Positions 1 through 13,915 of a DNA stretch of 64,000 nt are shown in pieces (the stretch's first letter is position 1; the number at the start of each line of letters is the position of its first letter). The notes under the pieces were generated by a model that saw nothing but the letters and a program-made list of their open reading frames with translations, was not told the origin of the DNA and made no database searches. A program made the translations under genes and the position numbers. Source of the stretch: the human T2T-CHM13v2.0 reference genome, Homo sapiens; NCBI RefSeq assembly GCF_009914755.1, contig NC_060928.1; one strand, 5' to 3'.

Positions 1-194
1 AGCACTTTGGTTTACAGTAAAATGAGGATGTGTGAAAATGTTTCTTTGCAAATTCGCTTTTGATAATCACGATATAGCACGCATAATTTACTAAAAGAAA
101 ATGTAGAAATATTTAAGTAACATAATCAGAAATACAATTGTGTTGTTTTTCTTACATGGAATAAAAATATTTATTCCGATTAAATTATCTGGAT

Positions 195-409
195 CAGGAG
201 TTAACCAACTAGGCCTGCAGGTCAAATCTGACAGCCACCTGTTTTTGCAAATAGTTTCTTTGGAAAAAAACCTCGCTCATTCATCTAGGTATTTTCTATG
301 GTTGCATCTGTGGTACAGTGTCAGCTGAGTACTAGTGACAGACTGTATGGCCTGCAAAGCCTAAAATATTTATTTTATGGTCTTTACAGAAAAAATTTGT
401 CAATATCTA
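195..409 (+). mobile_element. MER58A-like hAT-Charlie non-autonomous DNA transposon
   Basis: Runs cagg...ggcctgcaggtcaaatctg...gtatggcctgcaaagcctaaaatattta...tttacagaaaaaatttgtc, matching the recalled MER58A consensus end to end; flanks tctggat/actagat resemble a decayed hAT TSD. Confidence 0.85.
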
Positions 410-714
410 ACTAGATGATTGTTTTAATTATTCAATTATCTAGACCTAATCCTACTACCAACCCTCAGTGTAGCTGAGTCATTAAAATATTAATTACCAT
501 CAAATTTTATGGCATTGCCATAAAATTTTATTTATTTAGATGTTCATATGTGTTAATTTATGAAAATGCTTATTAAGGACCTGGAGTGTTCACTTTACAT
601 GATACAGTGAATTCAAAGATTTAAACACTCTGGTCCTTGACTTTAAGCTCTCATGAGATACTAGGGGGGGACTGTCTCAGGCTGCAATTTAGACATATCA
701 TTGCAATATGTGCG

Positions 715-963
715 TTTATTCATTTATCAGATGTTTCAGAGCAAGTGAAAATTATTAGGTGCTGGTGCATATGCTTGTATGGTGAAAATAGATATACTAC
801 TTGTTCTCATTAAATTTATGAAATAGCTATGTCAAAAGGGAAGAATAAATACTTACAAATTGTGACAAATACTATGAAAGAAGTGAATAAATTTCAGTGA
901 TGGAGATTAATGCAAAAGGACAGTTTTTCACAGCATAGTTAAGGGAAAGCCTCATCGAGAAGG
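715..963 (-). mobile_element. L2 LINE fragment (3' part), interrupted by the following MLT1 LTR
   Basis: ttattcattt...taggtgctgg...acaaattgtgacaaatactatgaaagaa...agggaaagcctc...gagaaggtg is typical antisense L2. Confidence 0.6.
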
Positions 964-1518
964 TGTTTCAGTTATTTGTTGCCACATATGAGCCATCTTA
1001 TAACTTGGTAGCTTAAAATAACCATAATTATTTATTTTCTTCACAAGTCTGCAATTTTGGCAGGGCTTGGCAAGGGCAGATCCTCTCTACTCCATGTGGC
1101 ATCACCTAGAATGGCTCTATGGGCTGGAGAATCCTCTTACATGTTGGCTCACTCACATGGCTGGCCAGGTTGATTTGGTGGTCACCTGGGAGCTTGGCCA
1201 TAGTTGTGGCTTGGTCACTGGTGCACCTCCAGGTGAGCTTCTTCAGGCTACTTGCAGTTCCTCACAGCATGGTGCCTGGGTTGCAAGAGTGAGTGATCCA
1301 AGATAACTAGGCAGAACCTGTATTGCTTTTTATGATCCAGCCTCAGAAATTGCATAATATCATCATTTACTTTGTAGTAATTAGTCCATCTAGATTTAAG
1401 GGGAAAGAGCATAGATGCCTTACCTCTCGATGGGAGGAATCTCAAAGTCTTATTGTAAGAAGACCATGTTATTAGGATATACTGCTGTAGCCCTCTTTGT
1501 AAAGTACATTTTGCAAAA
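964..1518 (-). mobile_element. MaLR solo LTR (MLT1G/H-type)
   Basis: Starts tgtttcagttatttgttgcc; contains tctgcaattttggcagggcttgg and cctcacagcatggtgcctggg; ends like the ggccatctttggaaaatacaatctgccaca terminus. Subfamily uncertain. Confidence 0.75.
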
Positions 1519-1544
1519 AAATGCAATAATTTGTACAATTATAC

Positions 1545-2740
1545 TAAGGCCTGAAGGATAAGAAGTCAGATCTACCAGTAATGTGAAGGATATTTTTCTA
1601 AACAGAGCTAACATCAAATGTGAAAACACTGCAGCAAGAAAGAGATTGGCATGTTTGAGAAACCTGGAGGAGACCAGTGCAGTCAGCAAGGGGAAAATTG
1701 ATTAATGTTTAGTTTGCAGAGCTGGGAAGTATTTGATCATACTGGGCCCTTTAGGGCAAGGTATTGCTTTCAAATTTTATTCTCTAAGTGTTATAAGAAG
1801 TTTTTGAAAGGTTTAATGCATGACGGGAATATCACTTAATTTATATTTCTAAAGATCATCCTGACTTTAGTGTGGAGAATGGATAGGAGGGGTTCAATGT
1901 TAGGAGCAGAGAGATTGGTTAGAAGGCTATTGCAGTAATTCCAGTGAGTCATGATTTTGTCTTAAAACAGAGTAATTGTGGAAATGAATACAGAGAAAAT
2001 GATTCGAATAGAGAAAAGTTTAGTGGTAGAAGGTGTATGCGTTGTTACTAAATGGATAAAGGAGTAAAGCATAGGGAATGTGGAAGAACCAAGAATGACT
2101 TCTAGTTTTTAGGAATGAGCAACTAAATGGGTACTGGTGTCATTTGTGTAGGAGGAAAACCCTAGGGCAGGAACACATTTCTGGGGAGTTTAATCAAGAG
2201 TTCCGTTTTGGACATGGTATATTTGAGATGTCTCTGATATTGTCAACAGAGTTGTTGGTTTGGCCTGAAGATACACATTTGGAAGTCATCATCATATACA
2301 TGGGATATGTGCTTTTATGGTATGGGAACTTATGAGATCACCTCACGAGAGAATACAGAGAGAGGAGAGAAGAGAGCCAGAGCCAAATTCTTTGGAAGGC
2401 AGTATTTGGATATTGTTAGGAAAAGAGAAATGCATGAAAGAGAAAAAGAAGTCAGGGAAGTTTGGAGATACCTTAGAATGCAGTGAGAAAAGAGAAACCA
2501 AGAGGTTGGAGGGTTTCAAAATCCAGAAGACCTTCTGGGCAATCTTATAAGATAAGAACGTGATGTGTGAATCCTTCAGATTCAGCAATTTGGAGATATT
2601 TGGCTAGAAGCCAAACTGGAGGGGGTGGAGTGTGGATGTGAAGAGAGGAGGGTTGTGCATGTATAAGATGTGACAGGTGCTGTGTGGCTGTGAAGCAGAA
2701 CATGGGGAAGGTTTGACAATTCAGGGAAGGCTGCACAGCA
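1545..2740 (-). mobile_element. L2 LINE, long decayed fragment
   Basis: L2 motifs aaagatcatcctgact, ggttagaaggctattgcagtaattccag, caagagttccgttttggacatg, atttggaagtcatca. Confidence 0.75.
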
Positions 2741-2777
2741 GAGATGGCAGAACTGCTCCATTTAAGTAAAATGGTCT

Positions 2778-3160
2778 ACTAATCAGAGAAATACAAATTA
2801 AATCACAATGAGATATCTTACACCAGTCAGAATGGCTGTAACTAAAAAGACAAAAAAAAAAAAACAAAAAACAGATGTTGGAGAGGATGTGGGGAAAAGA
2901 GAACCCTTATGTACTGTTGGTGGGAATGTAACTTAACAAAACCTCTATGGCAAACAGGATGGAGATTTTCTCAAAGAACTAAAAATGGAACAATCTTTCA
3001 ATCCAGCAATCCCACTACTGGGTATCTACCCAAAGGAAAATAAATCTTTATATCCAAAAGATACCTCACTTATATGTTTATTGTAGCATTATTCACAATA
3101 GCAAAGACATGAAATCAACCAAAGTGTCCATCAGTGGATGACTGGATAACAAAAATTGTA

Positions 3161-3210
<50 letters not shown>

Positions 3211-3585
3211 TATATATACACATATGAATACTACTCAGCCATAAAAAATATGAAATCATATATTTTGCAGCAATATAGATAGAACTGGAGGCCATTATCT
3301 TATGTGAAACAACTCACACAGAAAGACAAATACCACATGTTCTTACTTATAAGTAAGAGCTAAATAGTGTGTATACATGGAAGCAGAGTGTGAAACAATG
3401 GACAATGAAGACTCAGAGGGGTGGGAGGGTGGGAAGGGGCTGAGGAATGAGAAATTTTTTTATGGGTACAAAGTACATTATTTAGGTAATGGAAACAGGA
3501 ATAGCCCAGACTTCACCACTACACAATGTATCCATTTAACAGAAATCCATTTGTACACTCTAAATTTATACAAATTTAAAAAAAT
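2778..3585 (+). mobile_element. L1 3' end (L1PB3/PB4-like), 5'-truncated
   Basis: ORF2-end/3'UTR motifs acaccagtcagaatggct, atccagcaatcccactactgggtatctaccc, agcccagacttcaccactacacaat; A-rich tail near 3578-3585. Confidence 0.9.
3158..3222. repeat. Compound (TG)n(TA)n(CA)n microsatellite inside the L1
   Basis: Read directly from the sequence. Confidence 0.95.
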
Positions 3586-3999
3586 TGTCTAGTTTGCTGA
3601 TTCACATTCTGAAATATATTCATTTAAAACATTTTTAATGGGAAGTTTGGAAATGTTCTACACATCTCCATCCCTTCCAACACAGAGTATGCAGAACGTA
3701 ATGCAACTTTTGTTCATAAGGACTGCTTCTGTCTGGTCTTTGCCATGTTTGGCTCTTAAGAGTTAATGAGGGAAACTTAACTCTTATTCTAAATGGCTTT
3801 AAATGCCTATGCTTTAGGTTTTCTGCGTGTGTGCACACGTGTGACAGAGGGGGGTGGGAAGAGAGAGAGCTATTCTTCAAATTAAGGTTTGTCAGCCTCC
3901 AGAACCCCATGCCATTTTCACTATGTTAGTCTATCTAACTAGCAATTAGATCCATTCATTCAATAAACGTGTTTGATTACCTTCTAAAATAACAAAACA

Positions 4000-4232
4000 A
4001 TCATGACACTTAACCTCTATAAAAGTGCTTACTTCTGTGGACAGATAATGTTTTATGCACTTTACATGTATTACCTCATTTAGTTCTGACAATAGTCATG
4101 TGAGATCCCATTTTACAGGTGGGGCAATTGAGATCCAGAATATTTATATAAATGTTTAGGGCTTCCACATATGGACAATGGTGGAGTCAAGTTTTGAATC
4201 AGGCAATCTGGGGCCAGGGCTCTTTAACTATT
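4000..4232 (-). mobile_element. MIR SINE
   Basis: Core cccattttacaggtggggcaattgagatccaga, plus gcactttacatgtattacctcattta. Confidence 0.8.
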
Positions 4233-4240
4233 CTCTAGGG

Positions 4241-4248
4241 CGCGCGCG

Positions 4249-4294
<46 letters not shown>
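4241..4294. repeat. (CG)8(CA)19 compound microsatellite
   Basis: Read directly; uninterrupted purine-pyrimidine alternation. Confidence 0.97.
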
Positions 4295-4296
<2 letters not shown>

Positions 4297-6620
4297 GTCA
4301 TTATTTCTGGAGTTTAGTAAGCTGGGAGAGGTAAGCAAAGAGGCTGCAGGAGGCAGCTGCCATTTGATCACTGGCCCTTTAAGCTCTGTTCAGGGGTTTG
4401 AATTTTTATCTAAGCAATGGCCGTGTCTTGATGTGTTCTGAGCAGCAAGTGATGGGACGGGATTTGCTTCTAATCTACAGCTGGTATTGAGCATAAAAAG
4501 TGAACAAGCTCTGTAGAAGTATAAAGTACATAAGCTTTATAACAACCATCATAGACATAGAGGCATTTCTTGCTCTCATCTTGGTTCCCAGAAACTCTCA
4601 TTGCACAATCTTGGCTAAAATGATAATTATGATTCTAACAGTAGCAAGTAATGCTGCCAACTCCAAAGCAGTTAATAATGATAATCAAAAACTTGAAGAC
4701 AAAAAGTAAAATAAATAACCCCACAAAGTCAGCTGAAGTCATATTTTACAAAGTTTTTAAAAAATCTTATTAGGTTTTAAATAAATGTTTTATGGATATA
4801 TTCAAATGCAACTTCTTTGCTGAAACCTTTCTAAATCCTCATTTGGCATTAGTTGCTATATCTCCTATAGCAGTGATAGATTGTTCCCATAACAATCTAT
4901 TTGACCTCTATTGACCAGTTATTATTTAGCATTGTCATTTATCTGTTTACGTGTAATTCACAGTTTGTTTCAATTTGAGTCAGCAAAGATTTATGTAGCA
5001 TTTTTAGTGCACTATGCTAAGCATTCCCACATCATATGCTAAGTGACTTAGAGGCTTATAAGAAACATTGAATTGTTATAAAAGAGAGACTCAAAATCTT
5101 TTAAATTTGTTATCTGGCACAGCCCATCTAGAATAAATATGAAGGAACCAACTTTTTATTATCTTCGCTTGATGCAATTTTTTTTTGTATTTAATGCAGT
5201 ATTTTAACTTTCTCTTATTTATTGGTCAAATATTGAATAATTCCAGAGCCAAGGTTCATAAAATATAGTTATAAATAAATGCATATTTTAAAAGGGCAAA
5301 CATTTCTTGACATTTAAAACAGCAAATCCATGAATTTTGAAAAGGAAGACAGGTTTTAAGATTATATTTTATCAGATAGATACAGCCTGTCAGTAACGTG
5401 ATTGCCAAAAAAGCCCTTCTACCATTATAAAACTGGCAAAGAAGAAAAATATGCCTGTATTGTTGATTGTCTTCTACTGGAGAGTGTAATTATATCTCTG
5501 ACTGTAGGCTAGGTGGAAGTTATGACTGGCTACCTGATAGTAATGCTTACTCAGTTAAGAAGGGGCTTGTGTGCTCACAAAATTAAATTAAAGCAGGTTG
5601 AGTCTTCAGTTACAAGTTTTGACGTTTCTTTTCAAATGTAGACCTAGACAGGACAGTGTTTATGGGTATAAATAATCTGGGTATGAGAAGATTTTAATAA
5701 AAGGATAATCATTACAGAATGAATAGAGAGAAGAATGGATCACTGACTAATCCATCAGCAGATCTCATGAGTGATTCATTTGATGTGAAAGAAAAGTAAT
5801 CCTGAAGATACAGAATCAAATCCAGGTGTTGTAGAGCCTTGATGTCATTGCCACATTTATTCAGAAACAGTTCAACAGAAACAGAAGAAACTGAGTGGTC
5901 AGAACTCTGATTTTTTATTTCAATTGTATTCATTTGTCCCATAAAGGTTTGTGTGTAAAGTATATAAGAATCATCTTCTGTGAAGTGGAACTTTGCTTCA
6001 GATTATGGGTGAGGGGTTTCGGATGATGGGTTTTATTTTAGGAAAAATCCTTGAGATTAAAATTTTAAACTCCTGTCTATGTTTAAATTATGAATATTAA
6101 TGATATGGTATATTTTATATAATTATTATAGAATTGACTTGTCAAGTTACAACATTTCGTTAGTGCTATATTTTCACAGCAGTGAGTAAATTTTACTGGT
6201 AACTGGAATTTAACCTTTAAATTCTCCAAGTTTAAGAATTTTAAACAATTTTGATGAAAATAGTTTTAAATTAAAACAACTTGCTTTTTAAAGTTTTAAA
6301 TAGACACCACTGAAATCAACAACTTTTAGAAATGATTCAGGAAGACTGTTATGATCCTTCACTATTATGATGGTCTATAGCACAATATAATACTGTTGTG
6401 GTAGGTTATAATACTATAATAATTATAATACTATAATGCCTAGCTTTTTGTCGGCCCAGTTGCTGACATACCATGGGTTGTCCATATTTCCTTGTATTGT
6501 TATGTGTTCTTCTAGGGGAATCTCATTACCTTTCTCACAAATTTTAATCTCATAATTGCACTGAAGTCTAGATATCAGAGGACCAATAATGTGAGAATTT
6601 TATCTTACAATAAAAGTCAC

Positions 6621-7029
<409 letters not shown>

Positions 7030-9854
7030 TCACTGTATTTCAGAGGCTTGGGATTTTTGAATAATCAGAACATTATTAAATAATAATAATTTGGTAGTCA
7101 AAATTGCTGTGAGAGGTGTCCTATGCATCTTCTAATTTAAAAGACAATTTATATTTGTGGCCTTAAGGGACTTTAAAGTTTTTACTTTAACATTCCAAGG
7201 ATATTGATTACATGCTTGAAAAAGACTTGGAAAAATAATACAGGTTTGGCAAATTGCTATGTGCAATTTCATAAGCAATGAACAAAAACCATAGACATTT
7301 TCACCCATCTTTGGGCAGATGGTGAATGGCAACAGCAGAGATTTCAAATATAGATGTAGCACATATATATTGCAAACAGCTGTAATAGCTAAAATACATG
7401 CCAGAAGACTTAATCATTCTGGATTTTTTTCCAATACATGCTAGCATACAAAAATAGACTTCTCTTTTCTACAATTGCTATAGAATTCTTTGAAATAGGC
7501 AAGTGCATCTATGATATAAGAACTTTGCTGTATGCTGATTAGGCTGTATTTTCAAGGCTCCTTGAAAACTGGTTGATTAGCAAAATTCTCATTAGTTATG
7601 ATTTGGTGTGTATAACTCATGACCAATTGTGACTTCTTGTTTTTGCTACTGAGTTGGCTGAATCAACTGTTTTGTTATGTGTAGACCCTGCCAATACCAA
7701 ATATCCAGATGAAAACTGAAAAGCTGAATTGACTTCACATTCTTTTACATTTGTATATCTGTCTTTAGGTAGAAAGGTCAGCTAAGGCTTTAAGAATATA
7801 TCCTTTTTTTCACTGATGGAGTTCTTACATTATAATTTGAGATTTAAAAATTCTGAGTGTCTTAAAGTGAGAAGATCTTTGATTTGTTTGAAAATAAGAA
7901 AGTAGCATAGAGTTTTTTAGCAGAAACAAGGAAAAAGTAATCTATATTACTTTAGAAACTTTGGGGGGAAAAATCTGTGCCAACAAACAAGTCACCATTA
8001 AGGTTCTTATACTTTAGATGTTGTTAGTTTTATGGAATATTGTCTATGACAATTATAGCAGAAGAGGGCTCTCAGTAGGTCAACTGATATCTATTTGGCA
8101 GTAGAGTGTGGGGTATGAGTAGAAGTGCATGATTAGAGTCCACAGATCTGAATTAGTCCTAACTGTCACATATGAACTGATATTAATTTCACTAAGTATC
8201 CTGAATTGGGGATGATATTAGCATTGTCTAACTTAGAATTAAAGGAGATGATGAGTTAAATAGATGTTGTAAACTCTTATATGATATTCAAATGCTAGCT
8301 AAGCATGACACTCGAAGGATATGGGCCACCATAATTTCCTGTTTGTTTCTCACAGTTTGCTGACATTTCCAGCAGATAAGAATTCTGGCTAGAAACTGGT
8401 GATATCCTCTTCCTTTTCCTTTTGTGAATAATCTCTTCTTATTTCATTTACCCTATGGTTGCTTTTTTTCTTCACATTCTTCTTTTCTATTTTACATCCC
8501 CTCCCATGCCCCAGGCATTGAGTGATCAGTGCTGTCTTTATCATCTCAACAAACTCCAGACTTTAGGAAAACCTAATGTAGCTCTTTATCATCAAAACAT
8601 TAGAGGCTTATTTTAGAGTGGATATAATAATAAAGGGCCAACCATTAGTATTAGTGTTAAAATATATTCTAGGTGTTCTAAACTTGACATCTTGAGCCTA
8701 GGATAATCCATATATTCTACTGAAACAAATTATGTTTTATGGGTTAATTATTATTTAAGCAACACAGCTTTATTGTGTAGTGTGTAGTATCATCTTAGAC
8801 ATTATTAAGATGACATGAGAATCCAGCAGGACAGATCTAAAGGGGAATAGCGATGGAAAAATGAAATAATTAAATATACTAGAATTTTAAATATAGAGTC
8901 TTTTCTCCCATAATGACTATGTATGTTCTTTAAAAATCACTATAATATGGAATTTTATGCAATAAAAATAGGATTGCAGAGAAATAGAAATTCTAGTCAT
9001 TTAAGTAGACTCGATAAAAATATAATATCCTATTAAAGTTTTAAGCAGCTTAGATTCCAAGTAAATATACTACTACAGTAAATAGATGAGTATTGAAATT
9101 TATTTTGAGAATAGATATTAAGTTTGTTTGGTATGAATAAATGTGGTGAAATGTGGCATTTGGGTATCATGAAGAAATGGAAGGAGGAACAACATCATCA
9201 TTAAGGCAAAAATTGTGTCACTGGATTTGGCACAGATGGCTGTTGCTTGTGCCTACAAATGAGACTGGATGCCTAGTGGTGCCTTTCTGTGGCAGCATTA
9301 TGGCTGGTGTCCTCTATCCTGCTCCAGCACTTTTCAGTCTCCCTTAAACAGACAGTAACTGTGTTGCATCTATCTCTTGCTTCAGTTATACTCCCAACCT
9401 TACCTTTGAAGCTGTGCACTGTGGATTCCCTCAGTCCTGTTTGTTTGGAGCTGTCATGTGCTCTCCCATTTCTTTCAAAAAGTTTTATTACTTTAAATTT
9501 TCATCAGTATCTAAGGCTTTTAGATGTTTATCATATTTGGATTGTCTTATTAAAATATTTTTCATAGAAAAAGTAAGTAAACTCAAAAGTTATAATATAT
9601 ACCTGTAGTACAACATATGTACAGTAAAAACAAATGGAGTTAAGAGTAAGAATAAAAATGAGATATATGAATGTTTTGTGTATTCTTCCGTGGTCATATG
9701 TTCAACTGAGTAGTGTTGTTTCTTTCAGCCAGTGTTACTTGGAACAGAAGGCATAGCCACCTCATGAAAAATCAGTATGAGCTAACATGGTTTTCTGTTT
9801 GGCTGGTTTTCCCCCTATTTATCCTCAGTGTATCAAACAAATCAGTCATTATAA

Positions 9855-10194
<340 letters not shown>

Positions 10195-10884
10195 AACAGT
10201 ACCATTTTCTAAAGCATAAGGTTCCCCTAAGCTGAATGAGATTGATTATATAGGAAGTCCATGAATAATTTAAGAAATTGGATTAAATATTTCATCAATC
10301 AATAATTTTTTTCACCTCCCTGGAAGACGAGATAAAAGTCCTCTTTGGGTAAAATGGGGAAGCAAGAAAGTTAGATATAGTTGAGCATTCTAAAGAAAAT
10401 CTGTGCTCTGCTACTCCCACCCTTCCTAGTAAACTCTTGAGAAGGGTGAAAGAGGTGATACCAACTGTATCTCTAGATCCCAAAATTATAGTGAATCTAT
10501 GGTCCAGTTTACATTTAGAAACCTGGAGGCACCATGGCAAGGAAGCAAGTGATAGAGTTGTTCAAAGGTAACTCAGGTAGCCTCAGCAAATCCTGTGATC
10601 TGCAAATAGTCATGGACATACACCTGGAAATAGGCATATGCTTCTGGAAAGGTACAATGAAGTGGGGAGCAGTAGACCTGAAGCGAAGGCATGTGATGGT
10701 GTCTCATTGACAGATGGTGGATTGGACCTCATGGCCAAAGAACTGACTGAGATTCTGATTATCTCAGTGGATGCCAATCTGGGGGGTGAGGTGTGACAAT
10801 AGCTGAGATCCAGATGGGATGATGTTTATATTTCAGTGGATGTCATGCAGACAGGCAATGACAGAAGGTGAGTGGCCCCTTGTT

Positions 10885-11145
10885 AGTTATTTATTTTAAA
10901 AAACATCGATTGAACACCTATTATGTTTCAGGCACTAACCTAGGCACTGTCAGAAAGTGTCTGATCTACATAAACTTTTAGATGTAGTCCTAGAGAGAAA
11001 GCAAACAATTTCTGACTTAGCACACTATATATTGCATATTATATTATCTGTGTCCTTTCCATTAGAATGTGCTCCAAGAGAGTAGGGATTATTACCATTC
11101 CTATTGCTTATAGCAAAATTTAGCACATAGTAAGTGCTCAATGCA
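10885..11145. mobile_element. Two short L2 3'-end fragments in opposite orientations
   Basis: attgaacacctattatgtttcaggcact (antisense) and tagcacatagtaagtgctcaat (sense). Confidence 0.55.
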
Positions 11146-11325
11146 CAGTTGTGGTTTGGAAATAATGAGACTATAGAAATAGAGATATAAATTATAGACA
11201 AATAAAAATACTTTTTGGTATACGTGCATTGATGGCTGAAAAATTATAATCTGCTGTAGAGTCAAATAATATCCATTAAGCAATAAGGCCATATTTATGT
11301 GTCTAAAGTAAGGCAGGCCCAGTGA

Positions 11326-11724
<399 letters not shown>

Positions 11725-11901
11725 TAATACTACTGATAATAACCATCTTAACTATCTTTCCAAAATTAACTAAACATTTATCTTATACATATAGAAATCT
11801 CTGGAATAACATGTTCAGTGGGAGAGGTGGGAAGAATATTTGTGTATAATAATTCGATGAGGGAGGAGTGGGATTGGTGTGTGTGTCCTGACTTAGTGAG
11901 A

Positions 11902-12203
11902 CTCTGCTGCCCATTTCAATTACTGCTAGTCATGTATGGCTACCAAGTACATTACAAGTATGTAGTCCAAATCAAAATATGCTGTGAGTGTAAAATACAC
12001 ATCTGGATTTCAAGGACTTAGTAAAAACATATAAAATATCTCTGTGATAACTTAAAATATTAATTTATTAAAATGATAATATTTTGTATATACTGGCTTA
12101 AATAAAATACATGGTTACCATTTCTTTCACGTGTTTCTATTTTTGACTAGTACAAACTTTAAAGTTTTGTATGTGGCTTGCATGATATTTCTCTTGGACA
12201 TCG
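11902..12203 (-). mobile_element. MER33 hAT-Charlie element
   Basis: atgctgtgagtgtaaaatacacatctggatttcaaggacttagta and atgtggcttgcatgatatttctcttggaca match the reverse complement of recalled MER33. Confidence 0.85.
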
Positions 12204-12621
12204 AATGGTGCTGTTTTAAACCATTTTGCTGAGACCCATTCGCTGTCTCATCTCTATTCCATTGAAAAAAATACATTCCTGTCACATGTACTGCCATTGT
12301 TGCTCCAGAAACTTCTTACCTCCAATTTGACTTTCTTTTGCACTGGGGAATACCAAGCTTTTGTGGACATATCATTTCATTATTCCAGATAGGTTCAAAT
12401 TACTTCAGGCATCCACCACTATTTCTAAATCAAAGGCCAAAGGAAAAATTAATTGAATGAGCAATTCCATTTTATAGCTGGAAATTATATATGGTTCTTT
12501 ATTCTTAAATTTACCTATTTTTATTCTGGTAAACAAGAATTTTCTGTCACCATATTAAACATAAATTTACCAATAAACTCACCTAAAGAAAATTACTTGT
12601 TTTTCCTTGGGCATTATTTAC

Positions 12622-12775
12622 AGATAAAACTTCTATTTCAGAGGTAATCATGCATGGGTTGGGTATATTATGATTAATGTAGAAGATACTCACTTTTACA
12701 TAGTTTTCAAAAGCAACAGTAAGCAAAGGGGGAGACAGTGTATAAAGATAGGCCTATAGATACCACAGGAAGTAT
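12622..12775 (+). repeat. 154-bp dispersed direct repeat, copy 1 (partner 13762-13915)
   Basis: Ungapped alignment at offset 1140; 14 mismatches in 154 by manual count. Confidence 0.95.
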
Positions 12776-13761
12776 AAACAATTCCAGGCGTTTATAAAAG
12801 AAAAATATTCCTGACCATTGCAGGCAGAGCAGAAGCGTACTTTCCTGAGTGACTATCTAAACTGCTCTATGTCTGATGCTGTCTATTTAGAGTTATAAAA
12901 GGATAATTTCAAGAATTACATGGATAACAAAGGCATTTAAAAACTCTATTTATGAAAAAAGGATTTATGTTCACCCAGGCCACCTCGACAGGCAGACTAC
13001 ACTAATAAAATCACTTGGATCATTACTGTAATTTCCACATCTTTGAATTTATGTAGTGAAAGCTGTCTAATAAGAAAAGCATATTTGGAGAGGATCATCT
13101 CTTTTTTTTAGCAAAGATGAAAACTAAAGAGGTGATGCTTAATGTTATACAACGATTTAGTGGAAACCTAGATTATAACTAGATTTTCTAGTCCTTAGGT
13201 TTTCCTCAATAGAATCTGAAGGCAGGAAGAAAGTTCCAAATGTCCTCAGATAATCTACACTGCTTCAAGGACCAAGTCATGTTAGAAAGATTAGTTTCTT
13301 GCTCATTCTTATTTTTTTTCATTTGCTCTCGTTATGATTGCTATCTATAATTAAAAACACTCCTGAAAACTTTAACAATTGTATTTTGCGATCAGCAGTG
13401 TCTCTCATTTTTCATTGTGTCTCCCATATAGCTCATGTCTTTGTTGTAAGAAGTATTGGAGTCAAATTAATGTCACACAGATGTGATAATGTCTGTTTTT
13501 TAATGTCTAGGATGGAACTGCAGAACCCAATCAAATCTTGAATTCTGAATTTCCTTAGCAGTATTCCTTGGCTGACTTTTTTTCTTCTTAATCATTGAGT
13601 ACTTCATTTGTGATAGAAATTGTCTTCATATTGCTTCATATATCATTTTTAGTTTTCCTTTAATACACCCAATAAGCTCACAATTTTCTCAAGTCATTGA
13701 AGTGGTTGTCAATAGTTATTATTGTTCTATTTATGCATTTTTGGACCATTAGCATTTTTAT

Positions 13762-13915
13762 AGATAAAACTTCTATTTCAGAGGGAATCATACATGAGTT
13801 GGGTATATTGTGATTAATATAGAAGATACTCACTTCTACATGGTTTTCAAATGCAACAGTAAGCAAATAGGGGGGCAGTATATAAAGATAGGCCTATAGA
13901 TATCACAGGAAGTAT
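13762..13915 (+). repeat. 154-bp dispersed direct repeat, copy 2
   Basis: agataaaacttctatttcagagg...tataaagataggcctatagata(t/c)cacaggaagtat is shared with 12622-12775. Confidence 0.95.

Noticed and set aside
3757-3786. 10-bp stem, 10-nt loop (taagagttaa/ttaactctta)
   Set aside because: AT-rich and short; within chance expectation for 64 kb.
5712-5942. 76-aa minus ORF and a weak hairpin near 5734-5780 in unique DNA
   Set aside because: No recognisable domain or convincing splice sites; the stem is short and imperfect.
12622-13915. Interpretation of the repeat pair as LTRs of a novel mini-retroelement or as a CRISPR-like array
   Set aside because: Only two copies; no TG/CA termini, TSD, PBS or PPT; eukaryotic context with no cas genes.
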